From assembly GCF_964204865.1 (NCBI RefSeq), contig NC_135263.1, positions 8,556,001 through 8,620,000 of the forward strand: 64,000 nucleotides of DNA, in the 5' to 3' direction. The translations under genes were made by a program, and so were the position numbers. How positions within the stretch are numbered: position 1 is the stretch's first letter; each line of letters opens with the position of its first letter. The DNA comes from Styela clava (Eukaryota). Under the pieces are notes generated by a model. It was not told the origin of the DNA. It did not search any database and worked only from the letters and a program-made list of their open reading frames with translations. Below are positions 26,138-48,200 of this stretch, piece by piece.

Positions 26138-26902
26138 ATGGCTTCTTACAAGATTGTTATGGTAAGACATGGAGAAAGTGAATGGAATAAAGAAAATAAA
26201 TTTTGTGGATGGTTTGATGCTGATTTAAGTGAGAAAGGAGTAGCAGAGGCCAATGCTGCTGGAGAAGCACTCAAAAAGGAAGGATTATCTTTTGACCTAG
26301 CATATACATCAGTCTTAAAAAGGGCTGAAGAAACTCTCGATATGGCTCTGAAAAAACTAGGACAAACCGATATTCCGATCAAACACACATGGAGATTAAA
26401 TGAACGTCACTATGGAGGACTAACTGGATTGAATAAAGCTGAAACGGCTGAAAAGCATGGAGAAGAACAAGTTAAAATATGGCGACGAAGTTTTGCTACT
26501 CCTCCACCTCCGATGGACACAAGCCACCCCTACTACAGCATAATTGCGGAGGATAAAAGATACAAGGATGTACCAAATGGAGAAATGCCTATGTGTGAAA
26601 GTTTAGAATTAACAATAAAGAGAACCCTACCTTTCTGGAATAATGAAATAGTTCCACAGATCAAAGCTGGAAAGAAAATCATTATTTCTGCCCATGGAAA
26701 CAGTCTGAGAGGAATCGTGAAGCACTTGGACAACATGTCAGATGAGGAAATAATGGCATTGAACCTTCCTACTGGAATTCCATTCATTTATGAGCTTGAT
26801 GAGAACATGAAACCCATCGTTTCAATGCAATTTCTAGGTGACGAAGAGACTGTGAAAAAAGCTATGGAATCAGTTGCAGCACAAGGACAATCTAAAAAAT
26901 AA
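26138..26902 (+). CDS. PGAM: Cofactor-dependent phosphoglycerate mutase (dPGM), single coding exon
   Basis: 254-aa ORF with RHGES catalytic His, [16 protein letters not shown] and [29 protein letters not shown] acceptor lies ~20 nt before the ATG. Confidence 0.97.
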   Translation: MASYKIVMVRHGESEWNKENKFCGWFDADLSEKGVAEANAAGEALKKEGLSFDLAYTSVLKRAEETLDMALKKLGQTDIPIKHTWRLNERHYGGLTGLNKAETAEKHGEEQVKIWRRSFATPPPPMDTSHPYYSIIAEDKRYKDVPNGEMPMCESLELTIKRTLPFWNNEIVPQIKAGKKIIISAHGNSLRGIVKHLDNMSDEEIMALNLPTGIPFIYELDENMKPIVSMQFLGDEETVKKAMESVAAQGQSKK

Positions 26903-29141
26903 TAATTCTTTGCAAAAAGCACTGTGTATTTGTATTAACCAGTTCTGCCATTTTTTTCTCTCGATAAGTTCACAGTAAATGATAATATCTGTAAAACTCA
27001 TTTCAACAAAATTTTTCCTTTATAATTTTCAAGTATTGCTGTATTCTAAATGGAGTTTTGTGTGTGAATATATATTTCAATGTTAAATACTTTTGTCAGA
27101 ATAACACATTTTCTAGGGATTACAGGGAGTTATCCTAAGATCACATCTATTCAAAGGTCATGGACAGACAGCAATATTTCCTACAAAGTACAATTGTCCT
27201 AGATTAGTTCATTCTTTTAACGATGGTATCATCATGCGAACAATCAGCCAGATTCAGTAATATGCATCTTGCATCGAGTCATATCAAATTAAACTAGACG
27301 ATCCTTGGTATCTGATACACATTTTAGTCAATTGTTACACTTCCAAAGGTCACCTAAGATTCCTTTACTAACCACGCCAAGTAGTTTGTGAGGGTTCCAA
27401 CAACAAAGAGGACTACAACTGGCATTGATGAACATATTTTATTTGCATCGGACAAATGTATCAATGCGGAAATTCCCAAGCAACCCACCGAGCGTTAAAA
27501 GTTCTAATGAAAAAAATCAACTGTTACTAATATTTGTCATTGGACCTTATTTCTTCAAGGCGCGTTATTAAAAAAAAATTTTTGGTAATGAGAATTTACT
27601 TGTATGTATTGAGCAAAAACACTTTAATGCTTCCCATATAAGTATATATCGAACTTTCTAAACCTTCAGTTGTAACACCAATTTATATTTTTTGGTGTTT
27701 ATTACACCTTGAAGCAAACAATAGACACTATGGCATTAATGAAACAAGTTAGTGTCTCAGAGAAGAGACAACTCAGCAAAGCTGAGAGAAACTCAGAATA
27801 TTTATAATTTACAAGACGTTTAAAAAGTGCAAAACAACCAAATTAAGTTCATGAGTAGTTTAGTGACTTCCAATTGCTCAGATACTGATTATCATCTGGG
27901 ATTGTGTCAATTCTTCACAAACTTGATTTGAGTATGCATCACACGATTTCAAAAAGACAGTATTTTGATAAACATAATTTCTTTGTGAAGGTATTTAAAC
28001 AGGAATGATCAGATTAATTGAAACATGCAATAAGTATTTCTAAAAAATAGGCAGGATCACTAACTCTTAACAGGTTTCCATTTTACTGGGAAGGAAACTG
28101 GTGAGCGGCTGCAGATGACGACTGTGAACATGGTACGTTATCCAAGCACTACAGGGCAAAAGGAATGACACAACTAATTAAATTTGTCGCATCATGTCTA
28201 CTAACATTCCAAACCGAGCAAAAGTAATTTAAAAATTTTCTGGAGCTCTTTATCAAGAACCAATTTTATATACATACCAGGTCATACGTCTGCTGGCAAA
28301 AAATTATCCATAAAATGCATACTCACATGAAATACACTAGGAGAATAAACATTGAATCAGAAAGATACAAAATAATTGAGAAAAAAAAATATAATAATAC
28401 AGTTCACAACCAATGCATCAAAGGAACAGTTTTGTCTAGGCTGCAACAGGTTTACTTCAAATTGTTTTTACAATGTAGATAAAATTCATAAAATCACCAA
28501 TTGCATCTTAAATATATTGAAATGCACATAAAACCAGAAATTAATTAAAAATGGCAATGGGTTCTGGTAAACGACGAATAATCAACAACGGAATTTGAAA
28601 TCTTGTAATTTGCGAACCACATTTTATAATATAACATGGGAAGATGACAGCAAACGTGAAAATTAGCTTCTGGATATTTTTTTCAGTAATTTTTCATACA
28701 TACATTGAATGTAATTGTGCAGTTAACTATATAGCAACTACAAAAGTAATTCACATTTCTTTCATTCAGTATTGCTTTTTTTAACCAATGTCAAATAATT
28801 GGAGGAATTACCAGCAGAACAAGAATATATACTCCTTTGAATGCTTTCCATTATTAATTGATAATTTCACAACTATATAGCATCATATACACAATTTTCA
28901 AAAATTCACAATCCTATGTTCGCCATGATTTCGCATGATGGGACCTGAAGCATTAACAGTTATCTGTGACAATTCATTAGTTCGGTTTCCAACAGATACT
29001 TATAATATATACAAAATTTCAATACTATGTATATATTTGGTGGTATTCATGCAATACGTGTAGCTATCTCCTTAGGAGTCCTGGATTATTTGGGTTTGAC
29101 AGTATTTTTGAAAACAATATGCTGGTGAGTGTGATTTTTGC

Positions 29142-33973
<4,832 letters not shown>

Positions 33974-34444
33974 CTAACTAATTACTCAACACAATGATAA
34001 CGAAATTAACTACCTACTCTGTTCAATAAAAATTAAATTAATTAAAAAAAATTTCAGAGATATGTCAGATTTCTTGTTTGAATTAGAGAAAATCCCAGAC
34101 TTTTTGTAATAAGTTCATGACAGAAGAATACAGCAGGTATTGAAGAAAAAGGACTTAAAATATGGTTACAAATTCATAACGCACAAAATCCAGATTGCTC
34201 ATAACAACCTGAAGTGAGAATACATTTACATACATATCATACATAGGCTACATAGACCATTATTGGGCATAGTCTAAATACTATCATCTGGTATATTTTG
34301 TGTACACAGTACAACTAAATAGTAATTGACAAATCTAATCATGACATATTTTTCTTTTTGAAATAGTTTCAGGCAGGAGCACTGTGATAGTACTTCAGAT
34401 ATTTTGAATAATAGTTTTGCGAATGAATTTGTAGTTGTTTAATT

Positions 34445-35619
34445 CAGTGGTTCCCAACCGCCGGTCTGCGGGAAATTTTATTTTGTAGTTTTACTACCGT
34501 CTCAATCGCTTTACCGAGGCCGAAAAGACGAAGTTGGTTTATCACAAAATTTCTCTCCCGTCGTCATATTGCTGTTAGATACGAGCAGAGCGGTATGGCC
34601 CGACGACGTCTTGGCGCCGAGTAATCACACTATTCGCTTTTTCTGTTCCGATTCATCACGGAAGCGCTCAGTCAAATCTCGCAAGATTCAGAAACCTGCA
34701 AATCAGCATGCGTGCATTTTCCTTTCTGAATGCTTTTCTTGATTAAGAAGTCGAAGTTACGTTGGTTTATTACGAAATTTCTCTTCCGCCGTAATATTGG
34801 TGTTTGATGAGTGCGGTATTAATGGCCCAGCGACGTCTTGGCTCCGAATAATTACATTTTTCGCTACCGATTTATCGCGAAAGCGTTACGCCAAATCTCG
34901 CAAGATATAATATTCCAGAGCTTTACCATAACACCCAGCGAGATATGAACTTGTTGCGACCCTGCAGGTGGTCATGAGACGCGCAACAAAAGCGGGTTGA
35001 TGTGTTGAACCCGATGAACAGATTTATAAAAGAATCATTGTCACAATTCATTCTTGGACTTTCTTGATATCGAATACCCATCGCTAAGTAATCGAGCAAT
35101 CAACTGTTGTCTGAATTTTCAACCAGTTACTTCGAGCTTTAATTAAAACGAAGCAAATAAATTGACTGTGAGCCGCTGCAAAGCTACGTCTTGCAAAACC
35201 TTTTTTCGATGCCTCGTTTGCAATCCCGTATTGGAAACGAAACAGTATCAAAATTCTCACTGGAATTAATTGTGTTACTACATGATTTGGCATGTACATG
35301 TTTTTATGTGATATGTGTGCCTTTTTTACGCATAATGGGTGCCCAGCACTCGATTTTATTACGCAAATATATGCTATTATTTAATGTTCCACACATTTCA
35401 ATTTTTGGCCGGCACATTATTTGATAGTTTTTCCTCATGTGAAATGTTTTTAAGTGTGCCTTTTTCATCTAGAAGCATAGTGAGTGCCCTACATTGCATT
35501 ACATTTCGCACATATATGTTATTATTTTCTATTCCACTCATTTCATTTTTTTGCCGGTTCGCGAGTACATTTTATTTAATTTTATCGGTCCGCCAGGGTA
35601 GAAAGGTTGGGAACCACTG
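34445..35619. mobile_element. Non-autonomous hAT-Charlie-like element (1175 bp) upstream of the first PRKAA coding exon
   Basis: TIRs CAGTGGTTCCCAACC ... GGTTGGGAACCACTG and perfect TSD GTTTAATT (34437-34444 / 35620-35627). Internal ~160-bp direct repeat (~34528-34688 vs ~34752-34907). Confidence 0.92.
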
Positions 35620-38600
35620 GTTTAATTGGTTCGATTTGACCAGTCGCTTGTCTGAAGAAGTTTGATCTCATTCAGACAAAATAACAGAGAAATACATTTC
35701 TGTGACTGAGCAGTGAATATGTACGTACCCTAGTCTATGTCTAGTATAAAGAAACCGCAACAGATAGTGATTCAAAACTGCATTTCAGATCATTCATTGA
35801 GTTTATGTCGATGCTGTGCATAAAAAAATTGAATAATACTGATATTATAACTTCTAGCTCCTCTGGAAATGATGACAGTTATTCAAATCCGTAATCATCA
35901 ATGACAGTCATCACATTTGAGTCTCGAGTGTCACTATGCCAAGTTCTTTTTTTTTATATCTCATATTTAAATAATGCTTTTGAATATCTTACTGCAGTAC
36001 TGCTTGATTTGATTTCAGTGTGTTATTCATAGTTCAAAGTGCAGAATTGTAGATTGAAAAATAGGCAAAGTTGGTTCGATAGATAACAGAAATCGGTTTC
36101 TTTCAGCTATTGAGTTATTTCAGTATTCATTAAATTCGACTAAATTAATATTTTTTGAACACGAATGCATACAGATTCAACTTATGTACCTACGGCATAC
36201 ATACATTAGGAATGTTACAAAACGCGCTTTTCCGCGCCAAAAAATGTACGCACCACGTCTGCTAAGTACCGTTACGACGTGTCAGAATACCGCTCATAAA
36301 AACGATTACAGACTGCCTGCTGTTGTTTGGAATTCCATGAAATTTTGACATAACTTAGATAAAATACACAACTATGCTTCGGTATTTGAATTTTTTCATT
36401 AGCGCATAAATTTCCCAACATTCGGGGCTTTTGAAAATTACGCTCACGGTATACGTACTGCAAATTAATGATATTGTCTATGGACACCAATAAAATATAT
36501 ATGGACGCGTGTATGTCATTCCTAACTTGATACTTACCAATTTTTATGAAGTTTGTTCAATCAGAACATTGTTAATTATTACCCGCAACGAGGCACTGTC
36601 AAACTAATATGCACTACTCCAGGGTTGATTTGCGACGATCTTCCGACGGCGTCAATGACCGTTGCCAGAATAAAATCCCAAAATAATCCCAAATTTTCCT
36701 AGATGTGACGTACATCGAAAGATTAGTCATTGATATGTGTTCTTTTTTCATATTCATTAAGGTTCTTATTAAAAAAAGTCAATTCGCATACGTTTACGAA
36801 ACGGTACAAATTAATTCAACGTACGGGAAGTATGATCTTAGCACGCGTCTGTCAACGCGCATCAGTTATCGATTGAATGCCGACATTTTTCCTCGCAGCG
36901 ATTTCTCTCGTTTTGCGTTTCACTAAGCGCGGTAAGTATCTTACGAGATAAAGAATATTAAATAATAATTAATCGTTCATCAATTAAGGTCGGATATGAA
37001 AAACGCTGAATCAGTTAATTGCCGCGTAGGCGGGAACTTGCGTAGTGGCAAAGTCGTTGCCGACCAGAGGTTATGTAAAGTTCAGAGACTTTCTCGTACA
37101 TAATTAATTGGAAAGCAGCTAATTTCGTTGAAAAGAATTTGTAAATTTTTTTGCATTAGGTTCTTCTATTCACAATAACTTCTCGTTCCTATTTTTTTTC
37201 GATTACCTTCAAAAATAGCCGAGATACATTCTGTTGTTTATCGGTCTGACATTCTCGCGGTCACAGTTTTTGAGTCGGCGCAATACAATCCTTATGGAAA
37301 AAATTGGCCTATCAGGCGGTACTGAAATGCCGATATCTCCGTTAATTCTTGACCGTTTTTCGCAAACTTGGTATTGTTTTCTTATTTTCACTTAGATCTA
37401 TCCACTGGTGCAGTTTTTATTCAAATCGGATGAACTTTAATTTTTTTGTAACATACCTACATACATTACATATCTGCACATGCTACAATGTAGAAGCAAA
37501 ATTTCAAATTTAGCAACCTTCAAGTTTAACAACACATGCTGACATGATCAGATGCTAGCACTAGCGGAGTGTTCAATTACCTGAATTCAGGAATTACTGA
37601 CAAATCCCATTATTTCTTCAACCCTGTCAAACAGTCACAGGATGCAATACGCCTGCTACTGTACCGCCAATATTCTTTTCTTCAAATCAAGTATGGATTT
37701 GTAATGATATTGTGAATAAAAATTTCCAAAAACTCTACTCCGTCTTCAATGTATACCGGTACCCGTCTCGGATACAGCAATACCTGGTTTGGCCCAACAT
37801 TGCAACAAACCTCAGACAACAACACTACAAGAAAAGAAAAACAAACCCAGAATGAACAAAAGTATATGGAGTCAAATTTCAAAATCCGAATGTTACGGTA
37901 ACGCCTAATTGCCTATGTATCGCAAGTGCGGTTGGGATTTTGGATTTCCAGATTTCGGGGCTGGATTTGAAATTTCGTGATCGTTATTTTTATGTAACAG
38001 TCCAGAATTAAAAAAATAAAAAGGTACGGTATTGTTTATGAAACGGACAAAGTCCCGGTGTTTTTCATATGATTCAGCCGTCCTATCGGATTTATCTCCC
38101 CCTCCTCCAAATTGAATCATCGTCGGTCCCCACAGAGTTAAGCTCATCGTCGCTAGATTTACACACAGGGTTGACTACTCGCTGAAATTTTCTGTTTTTC
38201 CCGGATTAATGTACGGAGCTATTTTCTCCCTATCCATCTTACACCCGGTTTTTGTCTTTCGTCGATAAGCTTTCTCATCTCTTGCCCGATTGTTCACAGC
38301 AGATGCGGGTTCTTCACATGCCAAACTCTGTCTTTACGTTCGCGCTGTTCCTTCCCTCAACTACTTTTTACATTCTGCCTGGCTGCAAGCTAATTCGCTT
38401 CACTGGCATTTTTCTTCCTTACCCACGTTGGTCCATAAAAGGGAACATAAATCGCAGCAATATGATGATATTAAATACATGAAAACATCTTTTATGTGGG
38501 GTTAGTTGGCGGGACCGATAAAGGTCCATGACAACACATGTTGTACCAACTAACTTGTTTCCTTATTCACATCTGTAGCCAGACAAAAGGATGCAATACC

Positions 38601-38640
38601 ATGGGGTATAACATCACATATTTACGACTGCTCTTTAGAA

Positions 38641-39830
38641 GAGGGGTGTCAAACTCACGGGTTTTCGAGGGCCGCATTGCATTTTGGGAATTGTGCAAAG
38701 GGCCGCAAACAGTTTTTGATAATGTATGCTTGAAGCATATTTTTGGATAGATGTAGTTTGTGACATATATTGTGATGCAATTAAACAGCCGAATGAAGTT
38801 TTGTTGTTATTTTCTTAAATTTCAAATGCCATTTACATATTAATTTTTGCATTTACTGTGTTTATTACAAAAAATAATCAATTTTTATATACAACTATAC
38901 AAAACTGAACTAAGTTTGGATATGAAAAAAATAATAGCCTACATACACTAAAAATGACTTGAACTAAATATATAGACCTAAAATTTACAAAAATACCACA
39001 GAATAACTCAAATGTTTTTTTTTATTACATATGTTCTGACGTTTGGCATCTCTTGTGCCACCAGCATACTAATATCAGGCTGAAATGATTTTGCAGTTCC
39101 AACTCTTATTAACGAGGACCGAGGTCACATGATCATCGGTTAATCTGGATCGTTGAGAATGTTTGATTAATTTCAGTAATGTAAAAATATTAATATATTA
39201 CCTTTATTATTTCATGTATAGATCAGAAAACAAACAAATGACAGACTTTTCAGACCAGACATTTCAATAACTTGGCATAAGACCGCTCGAGTTATTATTG
39301 ATATTTAGTATTTGTATATATTTAGTAACTAGGTCGTTGTATACCTATAACAATATACAAACAAATTTTCTGTTTCAAGTTGATCTTTAAATTTGTCATA
39401 TTGACTGCGGAGCTTACTCTGATAATGTCTACTTGTATTGTATTCTTTCATTGTACTTATGGAAATCTGACAAATTTAACAATGTGCTTTAGAATTTTGA
39501 GAAATGTAGAAATATTGCAATTCCCATTTTTCTTCAAAAATGTCACCTTATTCATGTACTTTGCGTTTCATTTAATCCCTGAAGTGTTTTTTTTCACAAG
39601 TATTCTTTTCCTAGATTGAGGTGTATTCAAAATTGGGTCGAATTGAAAACAAAAAAAACCTCAATTTTCCAAAACTACTTTCAGTAAATTGTCAATTTCC
39701 GTGTAAATAATCAATTTCACTTTGGAAAATTTTAAAAAATGTATTACATTTAGATAAAAAATTTCAAAATATTACGATTTTTGGTAAGCATTCGATGGCT
39801 GCATTGGAAGTTGGAGTTTGACGCCCTTTG
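38641..39830. mobile_element. Non-autonomous hAT element (~1.2 kb), copy 1
   Basis: Ends GAGGGGTGTCAAACTC ... GAGTTTGACGCCC. Colinear with 46701-47862. TSD not recognisable. Confidence 0.82.
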
Positions 39831-40175
39831 ATCGTATTAATTGCTCAAAATCATTTAAAGATGTTAAAATAAACCATTGACATAAAACGACTTCGCTAAT
39901 TATGACTAATTTGATTTATGATATAAATTGGTATTAAAGAAAGCTCCATACTCCATAGAATATAAAGAGTGAAAACTTCTGAACCTGCATAATGTTCAAT
40001 CAGCTCTACCGCTTCTACCTAATGGCATATCTCGGCCAAGATAATAACACTACAAACTGAAAATCATGATCAAATACAGAAAATATCGGAGGAATGACAC
40101 AAGCTTATTGCAATGAAAAATTTGAAAAAAGCAGCTAGAAGGTTATTGTATATATACATAAAAAGATTTATAATG

Positions 40176-42896
<2,721 letters not shown>

Positions 42897-43565
42897 CTAT
42901 TAAGAAAAAACAAAAAGTGCAGATTTATTCATAGAACACAAACACCACAGATTAAACAAGCGTTAGCCTAAAATGCAACATGCCAATAAATGATAATTGT
43001 CATCAGGTACAATAATTTTAAAAACTGAGATTTTGTATTCAGGTGACCTCAAATACCTTCATAATTTAATAACATTCATTAAAAAAAGGAAAATATCAGA
43101 CATGCCAGAGGAAGCGTTTTTTTATAATAATACGGGCATTTCACACAGTCAGTCACACACAGGGAACTATTTTTCAAAGAACCCAGTTTGGTATTGCCTA
43201 CCCAATTTATTACAATATTTATTCAACCAGATATGCTAGTTAGGTATAACATTCTTGGCCATCTCAGCCAAACATTAAATAAATCGAAGAGAAAATTAAA
43301 TGTTCATAACTATGGGGTTGTACAGAAATTTGTAAACAACGAAATAGACATGATTGAAATTTTGAACAATGAATTGCAACAAAAGAAGGTGGAGACCCTA
43401 ACCCTGTGAGTATGTGGGCTAGCGGCATTAACAGAAAATTTCCAAAGTCGTTGACACAACACAGCTGGAAAAATTTTCATTAACTTAGGTACAAGTTAAG
43501 AGTTGACATGAAGTAACTAGTACAACTCTATGTGCGAATTTGAAAAAAAAGAGCAAAAAATGAAG

Positions 43566-44312
43566 TCATCGAGACTTATGAACAATAGAAGATAATAAAT
43601 TATTTGATACAGAACCAGAATCATCAGAAGAGCTATCACTTTCCGATTCTTCTTCACTTTTATCATCACTATATGCTGCTAAACCAGGTAATACACCAAC
43701 AAGCTTAGTTGCTGATGGATAAACTATTGTTTGTGTAAGGTTCTTATCAGCATTGTTTGATTCAGTTTCGGATTTTTGAATTTTCTCTGGTGGACATGGG
43801 TTTGTCTGCTCTTTATTAGAAGTTTGAGAACTTGGTACTTTTCGTTTTACAGCATTTTTCAATATGCTTTGTTGTGGATTTTTTCTGACAACCTGTGATT
43901 TTTTTGGCAACTCTTTTTTGTCCTCCGCTCTTGTTGAAGAATCTATTGGCACATTTGGAAGTTCTCTTGACTGAGCTACGGCAGTTCGAAAGTCTTCAAG
44001 TTCTCTTTTTTCTTCATCCCGTTTCTGTTTGTCAAGTTCAAAGTTTCTCTTTGAGACATCAGAAAGAAAATTAGATTCATCTTGATCTATCCCTCGGAAT
44101 TGATTTTTAAACTTTAATTGTTCTTCAAACTCATCTTGTTTTTTGTCTTTTTGCTCTTGCAATCGTTCAAACAATGATCTGCTGTCATGAACTTCTTCTG
44201 GTGCCTCAACAGGGTCTTCAGGTTTTCTTAATTTTTCCCATTCTTCCTGTCGAACTTTCCTCTTTTCTTCCAACTGTTTTTCAGATACAAAGCTTTTAAT
44301 ACCAGAACTCAT
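43566..44312 (-). CDS. PSME3IP1: PSME3-interacting protein (FAM192A/NIP30), single coding exon
   Basis: 248-aa ORF: FVSEKQLEEKRKVRQEEWEKLRKPEDP...DSRSLFERLQEQKDKKQDEFEEQLKFKNQFRGIDQDE, and C-terminal GVLPGLAAYSD...SDSSSDD. Confidence 0.93.
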   Translation of the reverse strand: MSSGIKSFVSEKQLEEKRKVRQEEWEKLRKPEDPVEAPEEVHDSRSLFERLQEQKDKKQDEFEEQLKFKNQFRGIDQDESNFLSDVSKRNFELDKQKRDEEKRELEDFRTAVAQSRELPNVPIDSSTRAEDKKELPKKSQVVRKNPQQSILKNAVKRKVPSSQTSNKEQTNPCPPEKIQKSETESNNADKNLTQTIVYPSATKLVGVLPGLAAYSDDKSEEESESDSSSDDSGSVSNNLLSSIVHKSR

Positions 44313-44562
44313 TGTGAGTCAGCAGATGAAACAGATTAGTGGATTAAATGAATATTGAAATATTTTATCCGGCTAAAAACGTATCATTAACGTTAGTTGA
44401 TGCGCTCAATTACAGAATGTATCTAAAACCATACGGTAAAATGTTTGCACATAGACCAATAAACATCGGTATTCATTAAACAAATTGAATGAAAAATATG
44501 CATTCGTAAGCAGCAATTGCAATAACTGGAAAACAATAGCCTAAATGCAATAGGTCGCACAC

Positions 44563-45014
44563 GGGTCTCGTGTAGTTTCGTACCTAACGTACTTCTAGTA
44601 GGCGTAGCATAACAATTTTTTGACATGCCAATCCTAACCCTCGCCTGACTACGCCATCCAAAAATTACGTCACTACGACGTCACAATCACGTCATAGAGC
44701 TTGCCAAATACTCGTACGATCGCCCGAAATAGCATCGGCGCCGACGATAAAGAACTGACTGACGTCAGCGACCTCTCTCCTATCGGGATCGTTGCGACGA
44801 GAAAACGAGAGAAATGGCTGTTCGATTTGGGATTCTCGTCTTCGCGTCTTGGATGACAGTTCGCATAGTTTGAAGGGCTCTATTACGTCACTGTGACGTC
44901 GTAGTGACGTAATTTTTGGATGGCGTAGTCAGGTGAGGGTTAGGATTGGCATGTCAAAAAATTGTTACGCTACGCCTACTAGAAGTACGTTAGGTACGAA
45001 ACTACACGAGACCC
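44563..45014. mobile_element. MITE family B, intact copy with ~138-bp terminal inverted arms
   Basis: GGGTCTCGTGTAGTTTCGTACCTAACGTACTTCTAGTAGGCGTAG... is mirrored by ...CTACGCCTACTAGAAGTACGTTAGGTACGAAACTACACGAGACCC. No direct TSD seen. Confidence 0.92.
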
Positions 45015-45239
45015 GTGATGAGTGAAGTGAAGAGGATGATATATTATCCTACACTGCTAGAGGCGGTGAGGATGAGATGTTATCGAAAAACATTTTTATC
45101 CTACAAACTTTACATATTGCAGCTGGATGATACCATGGTTAACTGAATATTCAGTTAACCATGATGATACGGTACGATCGGTGCCGGTACGATAGTCAAT
45201 CAGACTGACACTAGTACAGTACAGTAGTATGGTATAGTT

Positions 45240-48200
45240 CAGGGTGGTCAAAACCCAAGCCCGCGGGCCACATGTGGCCCGCGTCGCATTTGCGAGAGGG
45301 TAAACAAAAAGTCGCATTTGGTGTTGTTTCATGATAAAAAAGAACCAGAAAAATCTTTTGACACGTTACATCACTAATTCCACTGAACAATGACATTAAA
45401 CAACATGATAGGCAACTCTGACGTCACTCCATAAGACTACATGCGAAAGATTGTATTTCATGATACGCTCCAATGCACATATTTCTCGTCGCCTTTCGCG
45501 GCCGTTTTCCGCTCGCTTCTGCTACTCGGCGTCTTCTTTACGTGTAGTACCAGCCTTTTTGCGCCTGTAACAAAAGAAAATAATCTCTATATCTAAGAAG
45601 TTTTGCTCATTTGGAAAGCTGGAATGGCAGACAAGCTGTAAAGAGTAATTCTGGACATCATAGACGTTTTTTTTTATCATAGAAGATTACAAACGCGATA
45701 GCGTGAAGATTTGTGTGGGACATTTTGCAGATAATGACAAAGTTCAAAGTTAGTAATTTTAATGTTTGCGTTTAAACATTGAAATTTCATTTAAAGAGGG
45801 TGTCATACAAAACAGTAAAACTGTTTATACTTCTCTTAACGGCGATACAATTCCATAACACAAAGTTTGCACCTATCGAACTTGCTTTAGTTGGTGAATT
45901 TATGAGACATATTACATATTTAGTTAATCATAGGTAACATTGCTGGTACATAATGCCTCGTAGATAGGTATGTGTCTAAACTTAGGAATTTCGCTCATAG
46001 CCCACTATTTAATATTATCTTCTATGCAGAAGGTTGCAGGGCTGATTTAACTTGCAGCCTTACCGATCACCTGACGATGCTCATTTATTTTGGTTCGAAC
46101 AAGTCATCTTGAAAGACTTGTGTGAATGGAAACTAACTATATGTTTTGCCTTCCTCCGATTTTAGAAGACAAATTTATTCTGAGGGGTTTCGCATATAAT
46201 TCTCATTGAACGTTGGCTGTTTACAATTCCTATTAATTGTGAGTACTGATTATAACAGAGAGTTAAAAAAAAATTTACGTAATTTACTGGCACCCTTTTC
46301 TTGTCAATACTCCAAGCTGAGGTAATAAACAAGGCAATACATTTATGTCATCTGGAAGCAAAATATGCACACTTATTAAAAGTTTGACACATTGAGATAA
46401 TACACCATGACAGAAAATACAAGTTAAAGATATGTATGACCATCACATGATAATTAAAATTAAAAAAAAATTAATAGGGGCTGTGGAGTATGAAAAGTTC
46501 AAGACAAAGAAAAGAACAAAAGTTCATAGAATTTTGCCTCCATTGCTTTGTGAAGGCCAATATATTCCGAGTTGCTGAATTGGTTTACCTTTATGATAGC
46601 AACGATTTTGTAATTAATATAGCGAGATTTTTTTTCAATTCAATTGAAGTGATATTATTTCCCAAAGCAATGCTTTAATCGTCTAGACTCTAGAATAGAT
46701 GGGTGGTGTCAAACTCATGGGTTTTCGAGAGCCGCATTGCATGTTGGAAATTGTAAAAAGGGCCGCAAACAGTTTTTGATAATGTCTACTTAAAAGATAT
46801 TTTCAAGATAGTTTTAGTTTGTGACATATATTGGGATGCAACTAAACAGTTGGATTAAGTTTTATTATTTTCTTTAATTTCAAACGCAATTACATATTAA
46901 TATTTGCATTCCACTATTATTGCACTGTATTTATTACAAAAAATCATAAAATTATATGTACAGCCATCAAAATCATTTTTGAACAAGCTTTGGATAAGGA
47001 AAGAATAATACATACACTAAAAAAAATGACTTAATCTAAATATATGGACCTAAAATTAACAAAAATACTACAGTATAAACTCAATGTTTTTTTAATTACA
47101 TTTGTCCTGACGTTTGGCATCTTTTTTGTGTCACCAGCATACTAAGGCCAGGCTGATATGATTTTGTATTACCAACTCTAACTAACGAGGTCACATGATC
47201 ATGGGTTAATCTGGATCTTTGCGAATGTTTAATTAATTCCAGTAATGCAAAAAAGTTACTTTTATCATACCATGTATAGATCAGTAAAAAAAAACAAATG
47301 ACAGATTTTTTCGACAAGACATTTCGTGCCACATTGCGTGGCATAGGATTGCTTGCATTATCATCGATATTGATTTTTAGTAACTAAGTCGTTGTATAAT
47401 TATATTAATATAAAAACACATGGAAATTTTCTGTTCGGAGTTGGTCATCGAATTTGTCATATTGACTGCTGAGCTTATTGTGTTTTTTCATTGTATTGAT
47501 GTAAATATGACAAATTAAACAGTGTGCTTCAGAATTTTGTGAAATGCAGAAATATTGCAATTCCCATTTTCTTTGAAAATGCTACCTTCTTCATGTACTT
47601 TGCGTTTAATTTAATCACTCAAGTGTTTTATTCAAGTATTCTTTTATTCTCAATTGGATCAAAATGTGAACAAAAAAAAATTAATTTTCCAAAACTACTT
47701 TCAGTAAATTGTTTTCTGTGTGAATAATCAATTTCACTTTAAAAGGTTTGAAAAATCTATTACATTTAGATAAAAAACCCTTCCAAAATACTATAACAAT
47801 TATTGTTAGGCGTTCGAAGGCCGCACTGGAAGTTCTCTGGGGCCGCGAGTTTGACATCCCTGGTCTAGATTGAAGTTGTCCAAAATATATAACAGTATTT
47901 TATCATGAATCTATATCATATCTATATTACTACCAAAAGTTCTTCTATTGCAAACATTAATGGAGTACTTCAATTATATTTCTTGGAATTACACTGTCAC
48001 TGATATGTCGCCAGACTTCTGATATCTCCCCTTCTGCTACAGTTGTCCTGTGAATAAATAATAGGAAATTGAGGTTAGACGAATAGTTGAAAGTTTTGCT
48101 TTATGTCGGATTAATTTCTTGATTGATATACATACTATTTCTGCTATTGCCTCTTGTGCTGCAGGAGTCTCACAATGCTTAGACAGGTTTTTCCACAACT

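Noticed and set aside
36200-38500. CpG-richer region with short ORFs and isolated splice donors upstream of PRKAA
   Set aside because: Probably the PRKAA promoter and non-coding exons, but I could not define an exon structure or coding signal.
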